Positions 49,054 to 55,548 of a DNA stretch of 64,000 nucleotides are shown one piece after another. Numbering within the stretch: position 1 is the stretch's first letter; each line of letters begins with the position of its first letter. The translations under genes and the position numbers were made by a program. The stretch comes from an uncultured Alphaproteobacteria bacterium (GTDB lineage Bacteria > Pseudomonadota > Alphaproteobacteria > Acetobacterales > Acetobacteraceae). The DNA is taken from assembly GCA_963777265.1 (NCBI GenBank), contig CAVZPY010000007.1, positions 4,245 to 68,244 of the forward strand. The letters run 5' to 3'. The notes beneath the pieces are model-generated. The model had not been told where the DNA came from. It ran no database searches and saw only the letters and a program-made list of their open reading frames with translations.

Positions 49054-49129
49054 GTGCGGGACATAGCGGCTCGCGCCGGGAAGGAAAATCGGCACCGGCG
49101 GTGCCGGCGTGAGATAATGGTGCCGTCAA

Positions 49130-49786
49130 ATGCGGATCCTGGCGCTCGATGCCGCTCTCGCCCGCTGCTCGGCGGGCCTCGCGATCGACGACGCGCTGGT
49201 CGCCGTCCGGCTTGCCGATGGCGACCGCGGCGCGGCGGCGATCCTGCCGTGCATGGCCGCCGAGGTGCTGGCCGAGGCTGGCCTTGACGCCGCCTCACTC
49301 GATCTGGTCGCGGTCACGGTGGGGCCTGGCGGCTTCACCGGCCTGCGCGCGGCGCTCTCGCTCGCGCACGGATTGGCACTCGCCGCCGGCCGCCGGCTCG
49401 CCGGCGTCACCACCGGCGAGGCGCTGGCCGCGGCACTGCCCGATCTTGGCGGGCGCGCCCTCTGGGTCGCGATCGACGACCGGCGCGGCGGCGTGTTCCT
49501 GGAGCGGGAGGGGACGGCGGCGCGGGTGGCGGCGGCGGCAATCCCCATGCCCGCCGGGCCGCTGGCGATCGCCGGTGACGCAGCGGTGGCGGTCGCCGCG
49601 CGGCTCGCAGCACGGGGCCATGACGTGATGCTGACCGATAGCCGCCTGCCGCAGCCGCTCCACGTCGCGAGAGCGGCGGCCGCGCGGCTTGCGGCGGCCC
49701 TGCCCTTGCGGCCCGCGCGGCCGCTCTATGTGGCGCCGCCTGCCACGCGCGCGCCGCGGCACCCGGTGCGGCCGCCGCCGGCATGA
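49130..49786 (+). CDS. tsaB: tRNA t6A37 threonylcarbamoyl-transfer protein TsaB (YeaZ)
   Basis: MRILALDAA…VAVTVGPGGFTGLRAALSLAHGLA. Confidence 0.9.
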   Translation: MRILALDAALARCSAGLAIDDALVAVRLADGDRGAAAILPCMAAEVLAEAGLDAASLDLVAVTVGPGGFTGLRAALSLAHGLALAAGRRLAGVTTGEALAAALPDLGGRALWVAIDDRRGGVFLEREGTAARVAAAAIPMPAGPLAIAGDAAVAVAARLAARGHDVMLTDSRLPQPLHVARAAAARLAAALPLRPARPLYVAPPATRAPRHPVRPPPA

Positions 49787-50226
49787 TCGTCGCCGGCCCG
49801 GCCGACGCGGCGGCAATGGCTGCGATCCATGCCAGCGCCTTCCCGCCCGCCGAGGCCTGGAGTGCGGCTGCGATCGCGGGCCAGCTCGCGCTACCGGGCA
49901 CGGTCGGGCTGCTCGACCCGGAGGGCGGGATGGCGATCCTGCGCGTGGCGGCGGACGAGGCCGAGATCCTCACCCTCGCGGTGCATCCCCGGTCGCGCCG
50001 GCGCGGCCTCGGCACGCGGCTGGTGAATGCCGCGATGGCGCTCGCCGCCGGGGCGGGGGCGGCGGCGATGCTGCTGGAAGTGGCGGAGGACAATTCCGTG
50101 GCGGTGGCACTCTATGCGCGGGCGGGGTTCACCACAGCCGGGCGGCGCCCGCGCTATTATCCGGCCGGCAGCGATGCCCTGCTGCTGCGCGCCGCTCTCA
50201 GCCCTTGCGGATCAGCAGGGTCGTGA
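49783..50226 (+). CDS. rimI: Ribosomal-protein-alanine N-acetyltransferase (GNAT)
   Basis: ATGA overlap with tsaB. EILTLAVHPRSRRRGLGTRL acetyl-CoA motif and ARALYARAGF. Confidence 0.88.
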   Translation: MIVAGPADAAAMAAIHASAFPPAEAWSAAAIAGQLALPGTVGLLDPEGGMAILRVAADEAEILTLAVHPRSRRRGLGTRLVNAAMALAAGAGAAAMLLEVAEDNSVAVALYARAGFTTAGRRPRYYPAGSDALLLRAALSPCGSAGS

Positions 50227-50449
50227 TGCCGTCGGGCGCGGTTGCCGTGTCCAGCACCTGATGGCCCTGTTCGGCGGCGGTGCGCGGCACGTTGCGCCGC
50301 GGCTCCTCGCCGCGCAGCCGGACGCGCAGCACGGCCCCGCGCGACAGCCGGTCGAGTGCCAGGCGAGTGCGCACGAACGTCATCGGGCAGACCTCGCGAG
50401 TGATGTCGAGCTCGGCATCCGGCTCGACCGTGATGTTGGACTGTGCCAT
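50198..50449 (-). CDS. tusA: TusA/SirA-family sulfurtransferase-like protein
   Basis: RBS GAGGA. LDITREVCPMTFVRTRLAL (CPxx active-site context). 83 aa. Its 3' end overlaps the rimI 3' end by 29 nt. Confidence 0.8.
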   Translation of the reverse strand: MAQSNITVEPDAELDITREVCPMTFVRTRLALDRLSRGAVLRVRLRGEEPRRNVPRTAAEQGHQVLDTATAPDGITTLLIRKG

Positions 50450-50544
50450 GACTGGCCGTGTCCTCGTATTGATGACCGGGATATTGCGAGATGAGACGAA
50501 CTGCTCCATGATGTCTTTGCCGGGACAGACGACAGAGGAACAAC

Positions 50545-50959
50545 ATGGCCGACCAGACTGCCAATGCCGAGGTGTTGGCCCTCACCGCCCAGATTGTCTC
50601 GGCGCATGTTTCAAACAACTCGGTCACGACCGACGCGCTGCCGGGGCTGATCCAGGACGTCTATCGGTACTCTCGCCGGCGTCGGCCGCGAGCCCGCCAC
50701 ACCCAGCAAGCCGCAGCCCGCCGTTCCGGTCAAGAAGTCGGTTTTCGCCGACTACATCATCTGTCTCGAGGACGGCAAGAAGCTGAAGATGCTCAAGCGC
50801 CATCTCAAGACCGCCTACAACATGACGCCCGACCAGTATCGTGAGCGGTGGGACCTCGGCGCGGACTATCCGATGGTAGCACCCAGCTACGCGCGCCACC
50901 GCTCCTCGCTCGCCAAGAAGATCGGTCTCGGCACGAAGCCGCGCGGCCGCGCGAGATAG
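50545..50959 (+). pseudogene. mucR: MucR/Ros-family zinc-finger transcriptional regulator, frame broken at ~50665-50672
   Basis: [29 protein letters not shown], then in frame +1 …[70 protein letters not shown]. The span is 3n+1. Confidence 0.88.
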
Positions 50960-51070
50960 CCGGCCGGCATTCGCCGTCGCATCCGCAATGGTTGGGGGCG
51001 GGTCGCCGGCGCATTGGACACGGCGGAGCCGGATCGGCTACGCCGTTCGCCGGCCGCCCCTGGAAAGCCG

Positions 51071-51598
51071 ATGGAAACCCGTATCGAGCGCCTGTGCGTC
51101 GAGAAAAGACTCAAGATGACCGGCCAGCGCCGTGTCATCGCACGGGTGCTCTCGGACGCCGACGATCATCCCGACGTGGAAGAACTCTACCGCCGCGCGA
51201 GCGCGCTCGATCCGCGCATCTCCATCGCCACGGTCTACCGCACGGTGCGTCTGCTGGAGGAGAAGGGGATCCTCGAGCGCCGGGATTTCGGCGGCGGCCG
51301 CGCGCGCTACGAGCCGACCGGCCGCACCCACCACCATCATCTGATCGATGTCGATACCGGCCGGGTGATCGAGTTCGAGGACGCCGAGCACGAGCGGGTG
51401 ATGGAGGCGATCGCCGAGCGGCTCGGCTTCGAGCTCGTCTCGCTTCGGCTCGAGCTGTTCGGCCGCCGCAGCGGCGCCCAGTCGCCGGCGCCCGCCACCG
51501 CCGAGCAGCGCGCCCGACCGCGTCCCGGTTCGCACCCCGGTTCGCACCATGAGCCGCGCCGGGCGCCAGGGCCGCACCACGCCCGGGTGGAGCGATGA
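51071..51598 (+). CDS. fur: Fur-family metalloregulator (Cys-less Mur/Fur type) with a ~45-aa Pro/Arg/His-rich C-terminal tail
   Basis: LKMTGQRRVIARVL…ISIATVYRTVRLLEEKGIL…HHHHLIDVDTGRVIEFED…LELFG. The tail …RPRPGSHPGSHHEPRRAPGPHHARVER overlaps the olsB start (ATGA). Confidence 0.88.
   Translation: METRIERLCVEKRLKMTGQRRVIARVLSDADDHPDVEELYRRASALDPRISIATVYRTVRLLEEKGILERRDFGGGRARYEPTGRTHHHHLIDVDTGRVIEFEDAEHERVMEAIAERLGFELVSLRLELFGRRSGAQSPAPATAEQRARPRPGSHPGSHHEPRRAPGPHHARVER
51524..51547. repeat. Perfect 12-bp tandem duplication (cccggttcgcac x2) inside the fur tail
   Basis: Read directly from the sequence. It encodes PGSH-PGSH. Confidence 0.9.
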
Positions 51599-52425
51599 CT
51601 GCCGAGAAGCCGACCGGCGCCACCCCCGGCACCGGCTTTGGCGAGCTGCGCGCCGGCCATCTCGGCGTCCGCCTTGCGGTCACGCCGGGCGAGATCGACG
51701 CCGTGCAGGCGCTGCGGTTTCGCGTATTCTACGAGGAGATGGGCGCCATCGCCGACTTGGCGGCGCGCGTCGCGCGGCGCGACCGCGACGCGTTCGATCA
51801 GGTCGCCGACCACTTGCTGGTGCTCGATCACGCGATCGGCCCGGGTCCTGAGGGCGTGGTCGGTACCTACCGGCTGATCCAGCCGCACGCGGCGGCCAAG
51901 CTTGGACGCTTCTACTCAGCCGAAGAATACGATATCACCCCGGTCAGGAATTTCCCCGGCCAGATGTTGGAACTGGGGCGCTCCTGTGTCGATGCGGGCT
52001 ACCGCAACCGCTCGGTGATGCAGCTTCTGTGGCGCGGCATCGCCGCCTACGTGTTCCAGCACCAGATCGATCTGATGTTCGGCTGCGCCAGCCTGCCCGG
52101 CACCGACCCGGAGGTGCTCGGCGAGGAACTCACCTATCTGTTCCACTATCACTTGGCGCCACCGGCGCTGCGGCTGCGTGCTTTGCCCCATCGTTACGTC
52201 GAGATGCTGCGGCTCGACCCGGATGGGCTCGACCGCCGCCGCGCGATCGGCAGGCTGCCGCCGCTGATCAAGGGCTACCTGCGGCTCGGCGGGTTCGTGG
52301 GCGACGGGGCGGTGATCGACCGGCAGTTCAACACCACCGACGTCGCCGTGGTGGTCAAGACCGACCTCGTAACCGACAAATACTATCGCCATTACGAGCG
52401 GCAGCTTCGCGACGCGCTGGACTGA
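51595..52425 (+). CDS. olsB: Ornithine-acyl-ACP N-acyltransferase-like GNAT (OlsB family)
   Basis: …ALRFRVFYEEMGA…VVGTYRLI…FYSAEEYDI…LELGRSCV…YR…LWRGIA.Y…GCAS.PG….LIKGYLRLG. This is the characteristic OlsB/hemolysin-like GNAT pattern. Confidence 0.85.
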   Translation: MTAEKPTGATPGTGFGELRAGHLGVRLAVTPGEIDAVQALRFRVFYEEMGAIADLAARVARRDRDAFDQVADHLLVLDHAIGPGPEGVVGTYRLIQPHAAAKLGRFYSAEEYDITPVRNFPGQMLELGRSCVDAGYRNRSVMQLLWRGIAAYVFQHQIDLMFGCASLPGTDPEVLGEELTYLFHYHLAPPALRLRALPHRYVEMLRLDPDGLDRRRAIGRLPPLIKGYLRLGGFVGDGAVIDRQFNTTDVAVVVKTDLVTDKYYRHYERQLRDALD

Positions 52426-52460
52426 GCGGCGGCAGGCCGATGGAAAAGTCAACAAAGGTC

Positions 52461-52528
52461 GGGGGTCTGCCCCGAACCCCGCCAAGGGCGGTCGCCCTTG
52501 GAACCCGATCCTGGGGCTCTGGGGCGCC
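52461..52528. repeat. REP-like intergenic element, copy B (hairpin CCAAGGGCG-gt-CGCCCTTGG at 52482-52501)
   Basis: GGGGTCTGCCCCGAACCCCGCCAAGGGCGGTCGCCCTTGGAACCCGATC… begins 36 nt after the olsB stop. It is closely similar to 60407-60449. Confidence 0.6.
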
Positions 52529-52529
52529 G

Positions 52530-54068
52530 ATGCTACAACGTTACCTTCTCGGGCTGCGGGGTTGGCGGCCGGGCCTTGCGGCGGCAGTGCTCGGCGCGCT
52601 CTCCGCCCTTGCGCTACCGCCCTTTTTCCTGCTCCCAATTCTGCTCGTCACGGTGCCCGGGCTGCTCTGGCTGCTGGACGCGGAAGGCGGGCGGCGGCGG
52701 GCGGCGGTGCTCGGCTTCTGGTTCGGCTTCGGCCACCATCTGGTCGGCCTCTACTGGATCACCGAGGCGATCCTGCTGCGGGCGGGGGAGTATTGGTGGC
52801 TGGTGCCATTCGCAGTGCCGGGCACGGCGCTGCTGCTCGCCCCCTTCATCGCCTTCGCCTGCGTGGTCGCGACCTTCGCCGAGCCCGGCTGGCGGCGGGT
52901 GTCGCTGCTTGCCGGCGGGTGGGTGATCGGCGACCTCCTGCGCGAGTTCGTGCTCAGCGGCTTCCCGTGGAACCCCTGGGGCAGCGTGTGGGCGTTTCCC
53001 GGCGTGCTCGGCACCGCGATGATCCAGCCGGCCTCGTGGATCGGCGTGCCTGGCCTCACGCTGGTCACGGTGATGCTGGCGGCGACGCCATATCTCGGCC
53101 GGCGCTGGGTGGCACTGGGGGGTGCGGCACTGGCGCTCTGGCTCGGCCTCGGTCTCGACCGGCTGTCGCGGCCGATGCCACCGCCGACCGACGTTGTCGC
53201 GGTGCTGGCGCAGGGTGACGTCCCGGAGACTTCGAAGTGGAGCCGCGCGGTCGCCGCCGCGATCTTCCGCCGCTACCTGACGCTGACCGAGCAAGGGGCG
53301 GCGCAGGCGCGGGCGCGGTTCCCCGCTGCGCGGCTGGTAGTGGTGTGGCCCGAGACCGCCAGCCCCTATCTGCTGGCGCAAGATCCCGTGGCGCGGGCGG
53401 CGATCATGCAGGCGGCGAGGCCGGCCGTCGCGGCGCTGGTCGGCACGGTGCGCTTTCCCGGCGGCGACCTCAGCCAGCGGGCCAGGAACAGCCTGGTGGC
53501 GCTGGTGGACGACGGCACGGTGGCGGCCACTTACGACAAGTGGCATCTGGTGCCGTTCGGCGAATACCAGCCCTCCTGGGTGCCATTGCCGGTGCAGTTG
53601 GTGCCCGGCAATTTCGCGCCCGGCCCAGGGCCTCGCACGCTGCACATCCCCGGCCTGCCCCCCGTCGGGCCGCTGATCTGCTACGAGGCCATCTTCTCCG
53701 GCGAGATCGTCGACCGCGCCGACCGGCCCGACTGGCTGGTCAACATCACCAACGACGCCTGGTTCGGCAATTCCAGCGGCCCGCGCCAGCATCTGGTGGC
53801 CGCGCGCTTGCGGGCGGTGGAAGAGGGATTGCCGCTGCTGCGCGCCGCCAACACCGGCATTTCCGCCGGCTTCGACGCTCGCGGCCGCGTGCTCGGGCGT
53901 GTGGGGCTGGACCGGGAGGGCACGCTGGAGCTGCGCCTTCCGGGCGCCCTTTCGGTCACACCGTTCGGCCGCTGGGGGCTGGTGATCCCCGGGCTGCTGG
54001 CGCTAGCGGCAGTGGGCGGCGGCCTCGACTTGGCGCGCAAGCGGCGCGTCGGGCGACGCATTTCCTGA
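52530..54068 (+). CDS. lnt: Apolipoprotein N-acyltransferase
   Basis: Multi-TM N-terminus (…GFWFGFGHHLVGLYWI…GFPWNPWG…), CN-hydrolase domain with VVWPETA, …KWHLVPFGEY…, ICYEAIF. Confidence 0.93.
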   Translation: MLQRYLLGLRGWRPGLAAAVLGALSALALPPFFLLPILLVTVPGLLWLLDAEGGRRRAAVLGFWFGFGHHLVGLYWITEAILLRAGEYWWLVPFAVPGTALLLAPFIAFACVVATFAEPGWRRVSLLAGGWVIGDLLREFVLSGFPWNPWGSVWAFPGVLGTAMIQPASWIGVPGLTLVTVMLAATPYLGRRWVALGGAALALWLGLGLDRLSRPMPPPTDVVAVLAQGDVPETSKWSRAVAAAIFRRYLTLTEQGAAQARARFPAARLVVVWPETASPYLLAQDPVARAAIMQAARPAVAALVGTVRFPGGDLSQRARNSLVALVDDGTVAATYDKWHLVPFGEYQPSWVPLPVQLVPGNFAPGPGPRTLHIPGLPPVGPLICYEAIFSGEIVDRADRPDWLVNITNDAWFGNSSGPRQHLVAARLRAVEEGLPLLRAANTGISAGFDARGRVLGRVGLDREGTLELRLPGALSVTPFGRWGLVIPGLLALAAVGGGLDLARKRRVGRRIS

Positions 54069-54220
54069 TGGTGTGCAGATTTTGCGACGTTGTGACCAAA
54101 TACTGGATCGTCATTGACGATTAGCGGTTGCATTGTTAACCTATGGCCGAGATCGAGCGCCAGCTTGGCGACCGCTTGGCAGCAGCCCGATCGGGGAACG
54201 ATTTTGGGCGGAGTGAGGTG

Positions 54221-54700
54221 ATGGCGCGGAACGAGGGCTACACCGCAAGCGCCGGGGTTAGCGTTTCGGGGGAGCGCGAAGGCCGGGCGAGCCCGATCGA
54301 CGCCCATGTCGGCGGCCGTATCCGGCTGCGTCGCACCCTGCTCGGGATGTCGCAGGAGCGGCTCGGCGAGGCGCTCGGCCTTACCTTCCAGCAGGTGCAG
54401 AAATACGAGCGCGGCATCAATCGCGTCGGCGCCTCGCGGCTGTTCGACCTCTCCCGAGTACTCGATGTGCCGATCAGCTTCTTTTTCGAAGACATCCCGG
54501 CACCGATGGCCCAGCACCACCGCAACCCTGCCATGATGGCCGGCTTCGCCGAGGCACAGGAGAACTTCGGCCACGACGAGACGATGAGCCGCCGCGAGAC
54601 GCTGGAGCTGGTGCGCGCCTATTACCGGATCGGCGACCCGGCCGTGCGCAAGCGCGTCTTCGAGCTGATCAAGTCGATGGCACCGAACGCAGAAGGGTGA
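54221..54700 (+). CDS. XRE-family helix-turn-helix transcriptional regulator
   Basis: GGAG…GAGG RBS precedes ATG 54221. [46 protein letters not shown]. The alternative ATG 54143 lacks an RBS. Confidence 0.85.
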   Translation: MARNEGYTASAGVSVSGEREGRASPIDAHVGGRIRLRRTLLGMSQERLGEALGLTFQQVQKYERGINRVGASRLFDLSRVLDVPISFFFEDIPAPMAQHHRNPAMMAGFAEAQENFGHDETMSRRETLELVRAYYRIGDPAVRKRVFELIKSMAPNAEG

Positions 54701-54716
54701 ACGGCGGCAACGGCGG

Positions 54717-55382
54717 TCAGTGCGCGAAGATGTCCGGGTCAGCGTAGCCGAGCAGGTCGAGCCGCGCCCGGGCCGGCAGGAAGTCGAAGCACGCCTCGGC
54801 CAGATCGAGCCGCCCCTCGCGGATCAGCAGCGCTTCCAGCTTCTGCCACAGCGCGTGCAGGTGGAGCACGTCGGACGCGGCATAGGCCATCTGCTCGGGG
54901 CTGAGCTCCGCCGCCCCCCAGTCGGTCGTTTGCTGCTGCTTGCTCAGATCGACGCCGAGCAGGTCGCGGCAGAGCTCCTTCAGCCCATGGCGGTCGGTGT
55001 AAGTGCGCACGAGGCGCGAAGCGATCTTGGTGCAGCGCACGGGTGCGACCGCGATCCCGAGTGCGTGTTGCAGGATGCCCACGTCAAAGCGGGCGAAGTG
55101 CATCAGCTTGACCGTGCCGGGATCGGCGAGCAGGCGCTTGAGGGCCGGGCAGTCCGCACCGCGGCCGCCGAGTGCGGCGGGGATGATCTGCACCAAATGT
55201 GCGTGCCCGTCCCCGGCCGAGAGCTGCACCAGGCACAGCCGGTCGCGGCGCGCCTCGAGGCCCATCGTCTCGGTATCGACCGCCACCACCGGGCCGAGAT
55301 CGACCGCTTCCGGCAGATCGTGCCGGTGCAGGTGGACGGTCGCGTTGGGCAGGAACTGGGTGATGGTCACGGGTCTGCCCAT
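54717..55382 (-). CDS. rnd: RNase D-like 3'-5' exonuclease (short alphaproteobacterial form)
   Basis: DEDD motifs VAVDTETMGL, …KLMHFARFDVGIL…, YAASDVLHLHAL. The start is uncertain because no SD precedes ATG 55382. Confidence 0.85.
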   Translation of the reverse strand: MGRPVTITQFLPNATVHLHRHDLPEAVDLGPVVAVDTETMGLEARRDRLCLVQLSAGDGHAHLVQIIPAALGGRGADCPALKRLLADPGTVKLMHFARFDVGILQHALGIAVAPVRCTKIASRLVRTYTDRHGLKELCRDLLGVDLSKQQQTTDWGAAELSPEQMAYAASDVLHLHALWQKLEALLIREGRLDLAEACFDFLPARARLDLLGYADPDIFAH

Positions 55383-55391
55383 CGTCGTGCT

Positions 55392-55478
55392 GGTGCCCAG
55401 GAGAAGACTCGAACTTCCACAGCCTTGCGGCCACAGGTACCTGAAACCTGCGCGTCTACCAATTCCGCCACCTGGGCA
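55392..55478 (-). tRNA. tRNA-Leu (anticodon CAG), class II with long variable arm, CCA encoded
   Basis: Reverse complement: GCCCAGGTGGCGGAATTGGTAGACGCGCAGGTTTCAGGTACCTGTGGCCGCAAGGCTGTGGAAGTTCGAGTCTTCTCCTGGGCACCA. Anticodon stem CAGGT/ACCTG, loop TTCAGGT, T-loop GTTCGAGTC. Confidence 0.93.
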
Positions 55479-55548
55479 CGGCCGGGGGCAGGGCGGGCGC
55501 TTTAGCGTCTGCCGCCCGCGGCGTCAATGCGTGACAATGCGGCGGGCG

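Noticed and set aside
2358-50959. Programmed ribosomal frameshifting as an explanation for the broken genes
   Set aside because: I saw no slippery heptamers or stimulatory structures at the junctions. The affected genes (dapE, phoH, mucR, rbsK and others) are unrelated and are single-ORF genes in all organisms I know of.
54221-54700. XRE regulator as the antitoxin of a toxin-antitoxin pair
   Set aside because: There is no small partner ORF on either side: lnt is upstream and the convergent rnd is downstream. The protein is 159 aa with a conserved C-terminal domain, which fits a stand-alone regulator.
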